A stretch of DNA of 64,000 bases from Vicugna vicugna. Its lineage: Eukaryota. Under the pieces are notes generated by a model. The model saw only the letters and a program-made list of their open reading frames with translations. It was not told the origin of the DNA and made no database searches. Shown here piece after piece: positions 23,572-37,187 of this stretch (the first letter of the stretch is position 1; every line of letters starts with the position of its first letter). Where the stretch lies: the NCBI GenBank assembly GCA_013265495.1, contig MU057887.1:3933668-3997667 (forward strand), in the 5' to 3' direction. The position numbers and the translations under genes are program-made.

Positions 23572-24871
23572 CATCAATTGATGGACATTTGGGTTGTTTC
23601 CAGTTTTTGCCTATTATAAACAATGCTGTTATATAAATTTGCATACAAGTCTTTGTGTGGACCTATGTTTTAATTACTCTTGGGTAAACACCTAGGAGTG
23701 AAAGTGTTGGGCTGTATATTAAGTTTATGTTTAACTTTTTAAGAAACTGTCAAACTGTTCTCCAAAGTGGCTTTACCATTTTACATTACCACCAGCAATG
23801 TGTGAAGGTTCCAGTTTCTCCACATCCTTGTCAGCATTTGATGTTGTCAGTCTTTTTAATTGTAGCCATCCAAGGGGTTGTGTAGTGATAGCTCATGTGG
23901 GTTAATTTAGCACTTCCCTAATGATTACTGATGTTGAGTATCTTTTCATGTGCTCGTAAGTCATTTCTATTACATTCTTTGGTGAAATAGTTAAAACTTT
24001 TGCCTGTTTTTATGTTGGGTTGTTTGCCTTATCAGAGTTGTAAGATTTTTAAAAATATGTATTCTAGAATCAAGTCCTTTATCAGAGACATGATTTAAAA
24101 ACTATTTCCTCATCTGTGGCTTGTCTTTTATTTTTCTTAGTCTAATCTTTTGAAGAGCAAAGGTTTTACATTTTGATCAAGTCTAATTTATCAATGTTTT
24201 TCTTTCATGTAGTACGTTTATGGTGTTATATCTAAGGAATCTTTTCCTAACCCGATGTCCTAGCCCAAGTAATTTTTCCTTTGTTTCTCCTAGAAGTAGT
24301 TCACTTCTCAGATTTAGGTCTATAATCCATTTTGAACTAATTTTTGTGGATGGTTTGAAGTAGGGGTTTAACGTCTTTTTTCTGCATATGAATAACCAAA
24401 TTATCCAGTATCATTTGTTAAAAAGATATTGCTTCCCTATTGAATTGACTTAGCACTGTTACTAAAAAAAATCAATTGATCATATTTGTAAGGCTTTGCT
24501 TTTTGACTCTATTCTGTTCCATTGTTATATATGCGTATCCTTATACCAATTCTATACTATCCTGATTATTCTAACTTTATAACACATTTTGAAATTGAGA
24601 AGTTAAGTCCTCCAACTTTGTTTTTTTCCAAAACTGCTTTGGCTACTTCAGTCTTTTGTATTTCTATGTAAATTTGAGTATTCGTTTGTCAATTTCTACT
24701 GAAAAAGGAAGACCATCTGCTGAAAAATCCCCAGGTACTGCATTGAATCTATTGATCCGGTTTGGGGAGAATTGCCGTGTTAGCAATCATGAGTCATTTA
24801 ATCCATGAACATGGCATGTCTCTCCATTTATTTAGAGCTTTTCTAATTTTTCTCAGCAATGTTTTTATAGC

Positions 24872-25868
24872 ATGGGTGTTGCGAGACCACTCTCAGGTTT
24901 GATGATTTGTAGAAAGGCTCACAGGACTCAGCATAGAGTCATTTTCATGGCCATGATTTATTACAGGAAAATGATACAAAGTAAAATCAGGAAAAGGAAA
25001 AGGCTCATGTGGCAAAGTTTGGGGGAGACCAGGTGCCAGCCTCCAGGGTCCTCATGGTGTTACACAGGGCAGAACTAATTGTCCCAGTGACTTGTGACAA
25101 TGGGTGTAAAATGTTGCCCACCAGGGAAGGTCATTAGAAACCCTGCAGCCGCAGTTTTATGAGGAGCTTAAATTTATCTCCTATGGCCGCTAACAAAGCT
25201 GGTACAGACTTGGAGACTTAGAACAACAGAAATTTATTCTCCCACAGTTCAGGAAGCCAGAAGTCTGAAGTCAGCATGTCAGCAGGGTTGGTTCCTTCAG
25301 GAGGGTCTGAGGACAGTTCGTTTCAGGCCCCTCTGCTAACTTCTGTTGCTGCTAGCAATCTTTAGTGTTCCTTGGCATGTAGATTTATCACTCCAATCTC
25401 TGCCTCTGTCTTTACATCACTTTCTCTTCTGTGTCTTTTTTCCTTTTCTTAGAAGGACACCTGTCATTGGATGTAAGACCCAACCTGATCCCAGATGATC
25501 TATCTTGACATCATAATTACATCAGCAAAGACCCTTTTTCCAAAGAAGGTCACATTCACAGTTTTTAGGTAGCTATATCTTTTTTGGGAGGGTCCACTAG
25601 AGGGCTGGTCAGATAGACAATCTCTGCCTGGTGCTTGCCAAAATTCCAGACACCCAGAAAGAAAGCAGGTTTCAACATAAATCATACTGTTGGTACAAAC
25701 GGTTTAGGCAGAATGAGCCTCTCCAGTCATTTTGGGGATGGTGAGAACCTTCCTGACATCTGGGTTCTCGGTGCCGGCCCAGGACTAACCACGTAAGCAG
25801 TGTTTTTGTTTGCTTGTTTTGTTTTGTTGATAAATTGCTAGCCTGCTGCAGTGACTCTTTCTGTGCAT
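24872..25868. mobile_element. MER21-like LTR interrupted by an MLT1 LTR (about 25170-25600)
   Basis: aggactcagcatagagtc...atgatttattacag (MER21-like); cagaaatttattctcccacagttcaggaagccagaagtctgaagtc (MLT1). Confidence 0.65.
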
Positions 25869-28800
25869 ACCACTTTAGTTCTTTTTATTCCTAAGTATTT
25901 TATTCATTTTGATGCAGTTGTGAATAGAATTTTTTCTTAATTACATTTTCAGATTGTTTCTAGCATATAGAAATATAACTGTTGCTTATGTATTGATATT
26001 GTATCCTGTGACCTTGTTAAACTAGTTTATCATTTCCAGTAATTTTTTGGGTAGATTCCTTAGGATTTTCTAAAGAGAGAATCATGTCATCTGTGAATAA
26101 AGACAATTTTGCTTCTTCCTTTTGATCTGTATGCCTTTAATTTTTTCTTGCCTTATTGTACTGGCTATAACTTTTAGTGCAATACAGAATCATTTCAAAT
26201 ATTTCTTCTATTTCTTTCCTCTCTTTCGGGTATTCCCATAATGTCTTTGTTACACCTTTTGTAGTTGTTCCACAGTCCTTGGATAGTCTGTTCTGTTTTG
26301 TTTTGTTTTTTTCCTCAGTCTTTGTTCTCTTAGCTTTCCAGTTTTTGAAGGTTCTCCTGATACAGCCTCAAGTTCAGAGATTCTTTCCTCAGCCGTGTAC
26401 AGTCTACTGAAAAGCCCATCAGAGGCAGTCTTAGTTTCTGCTACACTATTTTACCTCTGACATTTCCTTGGTTCTTTCTTAGGGTTTCCTTCACTTTGCT
26501 TAATGGCCCATCTGTTCTTGCCTGGTGTCTGCTTTATCCATTAGAGCCCTTAACATATGAATCGTACTTGCACGAATTCCCAGCCTGATAGTTCCAACAT
26601 CCCTGCCGTATCTGGTTCTAAACCTTGCTCTGTCACTTCAAATTGTGTTTTTTGCCTTTCAGTCGTATAATTTGCCTAGTAATTTTTTTGATAGCCAGAC
26701 ATGAGGTACTGGGTGAAAGAAACTGCTATAAATAAGACTTAATAATTGGAGGTGAGGTGTGAGAGAGGGGAGGTCGTCTGTAATCCTGTGATTAGATCTC
26801 AGCCTTTGACTGAAGCTGTGCCTCTGGACTGAGAGCTCACAAGTGTTTCTCAGTTTTCTCTCCCCTCAGGATGCCCGGAGGGGGCTGGAGTTGGGTGTTT
26901 CCCTTTCCTAGATCAGTTAGGCTGGGATGAACCGTAGCAGGCCCGGCTCTTGTTAACTAGTCTTCCTTGCGGGCAAGTTAAGAACAGAGTGCTCTCTCTC
27001 CCCTGGCAGAAAGATGGAGGGGACTTTTCTCTGACACCCACTGTGGGAACCTGGTCGTGTGCCAGGAGGTAAATATCACAACACTGTGGGGGCTCCCTTA
27101 TGATGGATCCCGCTGGAATTCTTAACACTCAGACTTGTACTGTGAGCCTCCAGAAGTCCATCAGGGACACCCCTCACCCCAATACATGCACAGGTTCTCG
27201 GGCCGGTTCCTCTCATGAGTCTCTGCTCTGATAAGCTGTGATGACTTGGATTCACCTGCCTTTCTCCCCAGGCTTGGAAGCAGTGGTTTGCCCTGTGTCC
27301 TCCCTTCTCTTACAGACCCAGGAAGAGTTGCTGACTTTTCAGTCTGTTTAGCCTTTTACATCTTAGGATGGAGTGGTGACTCGCAACCTCCTTGCATGCA
27401 AAATCCTACAGCTTGGAATTGAGGTGGTATAACCAGACATCCTTGCCTTGTTTCCAGTCCTAGTGGAAAAGCATCAAATCTTTCACCATTAAGTTTGATG
27501 TTAGCTGTACATTTTTCCTCGATACCTTTTATGAAGTTGAGGAATTTCCTGTCTATTCCTAGTGTGTTAACAGTGTTTATCATGAACAGGTATTGAATTT
27601 AGAAAAATGCCTTTTCTGCAGCTATAGTGACAATCCTGTGGTCTTTATCCTCTATTCTATTGATACAGTGTATTACATTAATTGAGTTTTGGGTGCTAAA
27701 CCAACTTTGCATTCCTGGGATAAACCCAACTGGTCTTAGTAGATAATCCTTTTTACATGTTGCCGAATTTGGTTCTCCATTCAAGGCTGTTGACTTGAGT
27801 GAACATCTTATGTTACTTTCTTTCAGCTTGAAGAACTTTCTTTAGTATTTCCGATGAGGCAGATCTCCCAGCAATGAATTTTCTGCTTTGTTTATCTGGG
27901 AATGTCTTTATCCTACCTTCGTTTTTCTTCCGCCTTCAGCTTTGAAGTACAGTATTGCCAAGTGTAGAATTTTTTCACTGGCAGGTTCTCCTGTTCTTTC
28001 AGCACTCTGAATATGCCATTTTACTGCCTCTGGGCTCCATGGTTTCTTAGGAGAAGTCAGCTACTAATTGTGTCACTGTTCCGCTTTATGTGATGGGTCA
28101 CTCTTCTCTTGCTGCTTTCATGGGAGATGCAGGAACTCAGTTATGGTGTACACAGGTGTGGATATCCGTGTGTTTGTGCTACTTGGTTCATAGAGCAGGG
28201 GTCTTCTGGTGTACTGGTCTGTACCTTGCTGCCCTGGCAGGGGGGGTGGGGCTCTTGAGGAGAAGGATGGGATACGGCCACAGTTCCTCCAGTTCTGACT
28301 GTGCCCCAGGGGCGCACTCATTTTATATCAAGTTTTCCTTTTTCTCATTTATTGCTGAATGATTTTGCATTTGGTGATCTTAGTGATAGAATTTACTTTA
28401 TTTGGTCTTCTGTGTCGGAAATACTGAATTCTGCTTGGGTTTGTTCTAACTGCTCTGGGGAAACTCTAAGGCAGTTTGGAAGAGAACTCTGTTAAAAGAG
28501 TCCTAGCTATCGACTATGTCTTATGATCAATCACAGAACATGGACTGTAGTAGCCTTGCATGTTTCTCTTTGCATATTACAGTATGTGATTATTTGTATA
28601 AACTACCCATTTTCTGCTCTCTCCTTTCCATTTTTGAAACAGGTTAACTTTACTATTTAGTTTTAACATAAATATTCAGTGGGACAGTGACCGAATTTGA
28701 GGAGTAATTAATGTAGCCAGTGACACATACAATGCCTGTTGGGACTGTGCATACCCTCATTTTGGGGAAAGTGAGAATTTCTTCACTTGCAATAAGGATG

Positions 28801-31133
28801 GATGTACCTTGTTAGGTGAAAGTATTGTTTTGCTGTTGTGTGGAAGTTCAAACATGTTTGAAAGGATGCATACAGAAGCTGACCTTGGGAAGGTTGGACT
28901 CTGCTCATTTTCTACTTACTGCCTCAGCTCTAAATCTACTTCTCTTTGTCTGCTCTGCAAGAAGGGAGCTGGCTCCTAGAAGGATTTCTCTTCTGCAGCT
29001 GGCACAGTCTTGAGCTTCACGGGCAGTGAGTGCTGGAGGATCACTCCTGGGGGAAGGGACTTCCTGGAGTAGGTGTGCATTCTCTCACCTTTTGTTCTAT
29101 GGCATAGCTGCCAGATGCACTTGTGGGGGTCACACAGTGGTGCCACCTCTGTGGATGGCTTCCCACTGAGTGTCAGCAGTGCCCTCATTGGCAGGTTGAG
29201 GCCCTCATGTGTCCTGCAGACGCCTGAGCCAGAGGTTCCCAGGGCTTAGCCAGTAGACACCTTGAGGGGTGCATTAGCTCCATTCCAGAACAGCCTGGGG
29301 AACACCTCTGTCGTCCACTGGGCTGCAGCCACACAGCTCTCCAACACAGAACGAACTCCCTCCTTGGGGAGGGGACCCCTGCTAAGTTTTGTCCTGTCTT
29401 GAATATATAGTTCTTTATTCCTTTATAATTATTCCCCTGTAATCAGTAAACTCCATATCAGACTTTCTTTGAAGTCACTCTTTGGTCTCTGTCCCCTTAT
29501 TGGACCAGGACTATTGATTCAGGAGGAAAAACCAAGCTGGGAAAGGGGCTGTGAGTGTGCCTGTGTGCATGCATAAGTGCACATGTGCATGTGAGTGTGC
29601 ACGCATGTATGTCGGTTTGAGCTCTGAAATGGAGAGGTCAGGGAAGCCCTCTTGAGGGGGGTGGACAATGGAGTAAGATGGAGGCGATGAGTAAGTAAGG
29701 TGATCACTAGAGAGTGTGAGAGAATGCATGCACAACTGGTCTGTTGCAGGAGCTTCTCATGACTGGAGCTACAAGAACAACGCGCAGAGCACAAGAGACG
29801 CTTGACTGTGAGCACCTGTGGGTGGCAGCAAGGACTGGCCTTTGTGCTGTGTGAGCCGGGAGCCCTTGAGGGAGGGATGGGGTTGGATCTTTTTCACTGG
29901 GTGCCACGCTGATGACAACAAACTGGCCTCCAGTGACTATGCCAGGAGAGACAGATGCAGGGAGCCTGCCCAGGGGCTGCCGTGGGAGCGGGTGAGAGGA
30001 ACTGTTCTTGGACGAGGGCCAGAGAGGGAGAGCTGCCTATAGCTGGAAGTGGAGGGATATGCTGATGTGTCCAGTGTTGGGTGTGAGAGGAGAGGGGCCC
30101 CAGCTGACCCCAGGCATTCACAGCTGGACAAGCAGTGGGAGCATCTGAAGCGCTGGGGCGCCTGGCTCTGAGCCCCTGTTCTGCAGCACCTCCAGCCTCG
30201 GTGAGGAGGGTCTTCCCTTGTTTAGTTTGCAATCTATTCTCGGTTGTTAGACTAACACTTTTTCACCGTCTCTTCCTGAAGGTTCACCCTACAGAACTTG
30301 CCAGAAATCTGCCCTTTAGGATACCAGGGAAAGGTGTTCAGGAGAGCGTCTCACCGGGTAGCGGCCCGAAGGGTGCTGGGGAAGAGGGGCCGCAGGAGCG
30401 GGACACCGGGACGCGGCGGGGCAAACCCTCTCCCGCAGCGTCTCTCCCGCGCGAACAAAGCTCCCCGTAGCCGGGAGCCCGCATCCGTTTACGCGGAGGA
30501 GCATGTGCATTCGGAGCAGAGGCAATAAAGTGACAACTGGCAGAAGTGTTAGCTGTTCCTCAAGTGCTCGATTTCCTTTCCCAACGTCTTCCCGTGGTTC
30601 ACGTTGACACCCGAAGTAACAATTCTCATTTTAGAGATCAGTTTGATTGAGTTAAACAACGACAACAAATGTTAAATGGGCATATATTTTAAGGTGTAAA
30701 ATACTGCAAGGACCCGTGCGGCGCTTAAAAGAACTCACAGGTCTGGTGTCTGCAGCTCCGGCGCTCCCAACTCTGTTAGGAGAGAGGACGGACAGGGGAC
30801 TCCGCGTGGCCTTCGGCGGGCTGACCGCTGCTCGACGCCACGCGCCCAAGGAGTCCAGGAGCCACTCAGTTAGTTGCTCCAGCTGTGAAGACTTTCAGCC
30901 TTAGAGGAAGGCCCCCAGGGAGCAGGAAGCCCTTGCCCCAGGTATGTGACCCTCCGATCTTTTCAGACCTCCGGAGGGGTACTGTTGCTGACGATACATT
31001 TGAAAATTTATCACAGCAAATGCATTATCTCATCAGAAGTTCCCCACGCTCGTATAGAACCTTAGCGACACCTCCGGGGGACGAGCCAAGAAGGAAGCCG
31101 CGCGAGCCGCCCCCCCGACGCGCCGCCCCCCCG

Positions 31134-31299
31134 NNNNNNNNNNNNNNNNNNNNNNNNNNNNNNNNNNNNNNNNNNNNNNNNNNNNNNNNNNNNNNNNNNN
31201 NNNNNNNNNNNNNNNNNNNNNNNNNNNNNNNNNNNNNNNNNNNNNNNNNNNNNNNNNNNNNNNNNNNNNNNNNNNNNNNNNNNNNNNNNNNNNNNNNNN
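31134..31299. other. Assembly gap (166 N) within the GC-rich promoter
   Basis: Run of n characters. Confidence 1.
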
Positions 31300-31419
31300 C
31301 GCCCCCCACCCCGAGCGTGCCGCCCCCAACCCCGCGCATCGCCCACAACGTGCCCCTGCCCTGGCGCAAGCGTGCGCGCCCGCATGAGGCCCCGCCCCCG
31401 GCGTGCGCGCGCCAGAACG

Positions 31420-31632
31420 CCGTCACCGCCATTTTGGAGCGACCGGAACGCCGCCTGCGGCCCGAGCCGGTCCCGAGTCGCCGGCCGACCGCGCGGTATC
31501 CGTGGGCTCCTCGCCCCGCCGGGCCCATGTGGGTGCGGCCCGCCCCAGGCCGCCCGGGCTTCGCCGCCGCCCGCGCCCTGGCCTCCACCGGGGCCTTCGA
31601 GGAGCCGCCGCGACGCCTGGTTCGCGGGGCAG
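31420..31632 (+). other. PPP6R2: PPP6R2 5'UTR exon 1 (start approximate)
   Basis: Consensus donor CAG|GTGAGT at 31632/31633 at the edge of the island. Confidence 0.7.
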
Positions 31633-33809
31633 GTGAGTGCGGCCGCCCCTCAGAACAGGCGGTGCGCGCCCGCTGGGCCCGCGGTGCCACCCTGTCAGTG
31701 TCCTCGTGTCAGTGTCCACCCTGCCTGTCGGTGTCCACCCCCTTCATGTCCTCCACAACAGTGTCCGCCGACCTGTCAGTGACATCCTGTCAGTGTCCCA
31801 CCATCAGGGGCCTCCCATCAGTGTCCACCCATCAGTGCCCCTCATGTCCGTGCCCTCCGACCCCTCTCCTTTCCCCCCAGTGTCCCCCTGAGCAGTGTCC
31901 ACCCCACCTCTGGTGCCCACCTCCCTGCCAGTCGCCGCCCTCCATCAGTGCCCTCCCCGCTGATGTCCTTCCTTCCCGCATGCTGCCAGTGCCCCCAACA
32001 CCGGCGCGCTCCATCCTAGGCCTGTCCACCCCATCAGTCCTGCCTAGATCGTCAGTGTCTCCTCCCGTCCTCACCGCTTCCGCCCTTACCCCCGTCTCTT
32101 AGGACCTTTCCCATCAGTGCCCTCACCCACCTGCCAGTGCTGCCCTTCCCAGTGCCCCCCACTGCCTGTCTCCTGCCTGTCCATGCGGGGCACTCCCCTC
32201 CCCGTTGCCCACTATCGCCAGCCCCTTATCCACTCACTGGCTCCTCTCTCTGTCCCTTTTTCCATCACCATTAGGGTTTCTCGTGTCTCCATTCACCCAC
32301 TCCCATTCTGTCACCTCCTTACTTCTCACTGCCCCATTTATTCTTCCATCCCCACCTTCTCTTCTTCCACACCTGTCACCTACCCCCATGCACCTTACTG
32401 GCCCCTTCATGTTCTCTCACCTGTCCCTGCAGTGTCTTCCACGCAGCCTCACTGCCTGCATGGTCCTCCCACCTGTTACTGACTGCTCCCAGTCTGCTGC
32501 TGGTCACCTGCCTTACCACCGCCAGCCCCTCAAGTCCGTCACTTCCACTGAGTCCCTGCCTTTACTGGGTCTTCTTCTTCATTTTGTCCCTGTGCCCACT
32601 TGTCTTGTTCTTGTGGCTTTTTCCTGCCCGTTACTCTTTCACCCACCGTCACCTCCCCCCGTGACCTCTTCTGCCCATGCCCTTGGCCTCTCAGTGCCTG
32701 GGCCATGGCTGACACTCTCAGCTGTTCACCTTTTCTCTATGTCCCTTTCTGGCTTCCTTTCCCTTTTGGCTTCTCTAACTCTCATGTCAGCTAAGCTCTG
32801 GAAGGCACGAAGTAGCTGGCTGTGAGAAGAGGTGGGGCAGATCCTTCTAGGTGGAGGGGCAGCGCATGCAGAGGCCCTGAGGTGGACCTCCTCCGGGAAC
32901 TGAGAGGAGGCTGAGATGTGGCCAGGCTGAGGGGAGAGTGCTGGTCTCCCGGCCATGGCCACACCGCTCCGCATGGCACGTGGGTCTGAGTTGGTGAGTG
33001 CCATCAACACATGAATGTGGGACATGCGTAAGAGGGGGAGATGAGGCTGTTGGAGTGAGTACAGTTGTGGTTTAGACATTGGTGACACTTAAGGACGTCT
33101 TTTGCGGGTAGAGCTCTTGAGACTTGCTGATACGTTAGGAGAGGGGTGTGAGGGAAAGGGAGGACTCAGGGTGATTTCTGGGCTTACTGATGGAAGACGT
33201 GGGTGGACGGGGTACTGTTTACCGCTGTGGGGAAGCTAGGTGGGGTGGTGGCAGGTGCAGGGCTGTCATTATAGGTTGGAGGTAGAAGGCAAGGCTTTCT
33301 CTTGGCTGAAAGTAGTGGAAAAAGTCTGACAAATCAAAGGATTGTTCGGGAGAAGATATCTTGCAGAAGAATTGAGCCAGAGGAGAAGTCAAGCTGCAGA
33401 TATACCATCTCAGCATGAGATACTGTTTAAAACCTTGGGAATGGCTGTTTATTTACACACACGGCAGAACTTTGATCATTTATTGTGGGGTACTGTGTTA
33501 AAGGCTTAGTGTGAGTTATTTAATTCTCACAAAAACTCTAGGATGAATAAAGCTTTATTTAGAAAAACAAGCCCAGACCCCAGACACTTTTTAGAGTGCC
33601 TCATTTAATTCTTTTTTTTTAATTCTTTTTTTTAAACAAAGTGCTTTACCTTTTATTCTTGTATTCTTATGAGACATAACATTTAGACATGAAGTGGGAG
33701 TGATGTGACTTGTGCAGAATTTACTATAAACCAGAGAGTGAAGACCAGTGCTACATTCTACATTTTGACATCTAACCCAGGAACATTTATTTCTTCTTCT
33801 TTTTTTTTT

Positions 33810-34320
33810 TTTCAACAGTCTTTATTTTTTAGAGCAGTTTCAGGTTCACAGCAGAATTGAGCAGAAAATACAGAGTTCACACATAGCCCTCCCCACCCAC
33901 ACGTATGTGCTCCCTTACCTTCAACATCCCTCATCAGTGTGGGATATTTGGTACAATCAATGAACCAACATGGGCACGTTATTATCAGCCAAAGTCCATA
34001 GTTTACATTAGGGTTCACTCTTGATGTCATACATTCTATGGGTTTTGACAAATGCATAATGACATGCAGCCACCACTATAGTATTATACAGAATAATTTA
34101 ATTGTCCTAAAAATCCCTTGTGCTCCATCTATTCATTCCTTGCTCCCTCCCTCTCCCCAAACCCCTGGAAACCATGGTCTTTTTATTGTTTCTGTAGCTT
34201 TGCCCTTTCCAGAATGTTAATTTGGAATCATATAGTTTGTAACCTTTTCAGACTGGCTTCTTTCGTTTAGTAATATGTCTTTTAAGTTTCTTCCATGTCT
34301 TTCATGGCTTGATAGCTCGT
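33810..34320 (-). mobile_element. L1MC-like 3' end
   Basis: tttttagagcagtttcaggttcacagcagaattgagcagaaaatacagag with a poly-T tract. Confidence 0.75.
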
Positions 34321-34574
34321 TTCTTTTTCTTTTTCTTTTTTTTTACTGCACATATATTTTAATTTACATATATGTATTCTTCATTGTCTCTAAGAACATT
34401 TAGAGCTTTAGCTTTTAAACTTACATAGTTATCAAAGGAATAAAGCCAACCACAAAATAAGAATTAATTCAAAAAGAGACTTACACCCTGCTGTTAACAG
34501 CAACATTATTTACAGTTGCCAAGACATGAAAGCATCCTAAGTGCACATCAATAGTTGAACAGATAAAGAAGAAG

Positions 34575-34637
<63 letters not shown>

Positions 34638-37010
34638 ATGGAATACAACTCACCCAGAAGAAAGAAAGATACTTTGCCATTTGTGGCCCTTCATTCACTT
34701 TTTTTTTCCCACTTCAAAAGCCAGAATTTTATAACTGGCATGAACATTTCCATTGCATCAAAAACAGCAAAATACCTAGAAATAAACTTCACCAAGGAGG
34801 TTACCTGTACTCCAAAAACTGAAATGACACAAAGAAATGTGCTCTTGGATTGGAAGACTCAACACTATCAAAATGGCCACACTACCCAAAGCAATCCACA
34901 GATCCAATGCAACCCCCGTCAAAATACTCAAAACATTCCTCACAGAACTAGAACAAACAATTCCAAAATTTATAAGGAACCACAGAAGACCGCGAACAGC
35001 CGAAGTAATCTTTTGTAGATCTCTTTTTTTGTAGGTCTTTCTTTCTTTTTGTTCTCTTATGGTTTGATGACTGGAGAAGGTCCTTTAACATTTGTTGTAA
35101 AACTGGTTTGGTGGTGCTGAATTCTGTTAACTTTTGTTTATCTGTGAAGCTTTTGATTTCTCCATCAAATCTGAATGAGAGCCTTGCTGGATAGAGTATT
35201 GGTTGTAAGTTTTCCCCTTTGATAACTTTAAATATGTCATGCCACTCCCTTCTGGCCTGTAGAGTTTCTGCTGAAAAAATCAGCTGATAACCTTGTGGGA
35301 GTTCCCTTGTATGTTATTTGTTGCTTTTCTCTTGCCAATTTTCATATTCTCCTTATCCTTAATTTTTATCCATTTGATGACTATGTGCCTGAGTGTGTTC
35401 CTCTTTGAGTTGATCCTGTGTGGAACTCTACACTTCTTGGACTTGGGTGACTGTTTCCTTTCCCAAGTTTGGGAAGGTTTCAGTGATTACTCTGAAAATT
35501 TTCTCAGGTCCTTTGTCTCTCTCTTCTCTTTCTGGGACCCCTATAATGTGAATGTTAGTGTACTTCATGTTGTCCCAGAGTTCTCTTAAACTATCCTCAT
35601 TTCTTTTCATTCTTTTTCTTTGTTCTGTTCTGTGGTAGGGATTTCCACTAATCTGTCTCCTATCTTATTGATCCGTTCTTCTGCCTCATTTAGTCTGTTC
35701 TTGGTTCCTTCTAGTGTGTTATTCATATTATTCATTAATTTTATTCTTCAACTCTGGATATTCTTTATGTTTTCCAACTCTTTGCTAAAAACTTCGCTCT
35801 GTGCATCTATACTCCTCTTGAGTTCTCTCAACATCTTGACCATCATTACTTTAAACTCTTTCTCAGATAAATCACCTATCTCCTCATCACTTATTTCTTC
35901 TGGGATTTTATCTTGTTCCTTGGCCTGGGAGATATTCCTCTGCTGCCTCATATCATCTATCTTTCTATTTGTATTTTTAGGTAGGTTAGTTACATTTCTT
36001 GACCTTGGAAAGGTGGCCCTCTGTGGGAGAGGTCCTATGCGTCCCAGCAGTACACTCCTCTCTTGTCACCCGAGGGCCAGGGTCCTGTTGGTCCCAGGGT
36101 AGAGTCTGGCCTGTGTTTGTGGATTCCTTCCACAGGCTTTGGGATTGCTGTTTTCTTGTTTCTGGCATCTGCCCCTGGTGGGTGAGGCTGGACTAGAGGC
36201 TTATGCAGGTTTCCTGGCAGGAGGAGCCGGGGCCTGCACACTGCTGGATGGAGCTTGGTCCTGGACCTCTGGTGAGAAGGGCCGTGTTTAGAGGCCTCTG
36301 TGGCTCAGGAAGTCTGCTGATGGGTGGGCCTGTGCTCCCACCCTGTGTGTTATTTGGCCTGAGGTTTCCCTACAGGCTGTTGGGTGGGGCTAGGTTTTGG
36401 TGCTAATGATCCAATCAAGATGTCAGCCTCCAGGAAAGCTCATGTACATGAACACTCCTGGAATGTCTGCCACCAGCTTTTTTGTCCCCTGGGTGCGCTG
36501 TAGCCATCCCCCATGTCCCCAGGAAACCCCCCAAATTAGGCAGGCCGACCTGGCCCAGGTTCCTATGAAATCACTGCCTCTGCCCTTGGACCTGGTGAAC
36601 GTGACTTTCGGTGTACGCTTCCCAAGAGGGTGAAGTCTCTGTTTCCCCCAGTCCTGTGGGGCTCCTGGCACCAAGCCCCGCTGGCCTTCAAAACCAGATG
36701 TGGTGGGGTTTCCTTCTTGCAGTGCCAGAACCTCGGACTGGGGAGCCTGACGTGGGGCTCAGAACTCTCCTGCGACTTAACTGTTCTTCAGCTTGTGGGT
36801 CGCCCACCCAAGGGGTATGGGGCCCAATTTTATCTCAAGCATACCCCTCCTACTGTCCTGCTGTGGTTCCCTCTTTGTGCTTCCAGTTGCAGAAGATCTT
36901 TTTTGCTAGGTTCCAGTCTTTTTTTTTGATGGTGGTTTAGAAGTCAGTTGTGGTTTCATTGTAGTCACGAGGAGAGGCAAGCTCGTGTTCCTACCCCTAC
37001 GCCATCTTGT
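34321..37010 (-). mobile_element. L1-derived element: 5'UTR and decayed ORF1, inverted ORF2 pieces and a unique polyadenylated tail (HAL1-like)
   Basis: 5' end caagatggcg at about 37010; ORF1p peptides in 35748..35951 and 35428..35610; plus-strand ORF2 peptide in 34837..35034; ATTAAA plus poly(A) at 34321-34363. Confidence 0.65.
34576..34634. repeat. (GT)n microsatellite, about 29 units
   Basis: Read directly from sequence. Confidence 0.98.
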
Positions 37011-37039
37011 ATTTATTTTCTTCTTTTTTAATTTATTTT

Positions 37040-37187
37040 TTACTTTATTTTTAAAACTTTTTTTGTGGGGGAGGTAATTAGGTTTATTTACTTATTTACT
37101 TGTTGTTGGAGGTACTGGGGATTGAACCCAGGACCTCATTCTTGCTAAGCATGTGCTCTACCACTGAGCTATTACCCCCCTCCCCCC
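37040..37187 (-). mobile_element. tRNA-derived SINE (Vic-1-like)
   Basis: ggaggtactggggattgaacccaggacctc...gctaagcatgtgctctaccactgagcta (A and B boxes on the minus strand). Confidence 0.85.

Larger units (their letters stand above)
23070..28130 (-). mobile_element. Old L1 (L1M-type) remnants with nested LTRs
   Basis: Antisense L1 3'/ORF2 signatures, including ORF2-like peptides in ORFs 27356..27583 and 27599..27784. Confidence 0.8.
30340..31700 (+). promoter_or_regulatory. PPP6R2: CpG-island promoter, probably of PPP6R2
   Basis: CpG-dense with GC boxes; YY1-type CCGCCATTTTG at 31426-31436, a motif typical just after a TSS; gene name from synteny. Confidence 0.75.

Noticed and set aside
28745..29521. 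Possible ERVL-type LTR
   Set aside because: The 3' end looks LTR-like, but I cannot support the family or boundaries without a search.
30885..32102. 405-aa ORF and overlapping ORFs across the PPP6R2 promoter
   Set aside because: It spans the N gap, the CpG island and low-complexity intron sequence, and reads through a consensus donor. Only the 31527-31632 part is kept, as a uORF candidate.
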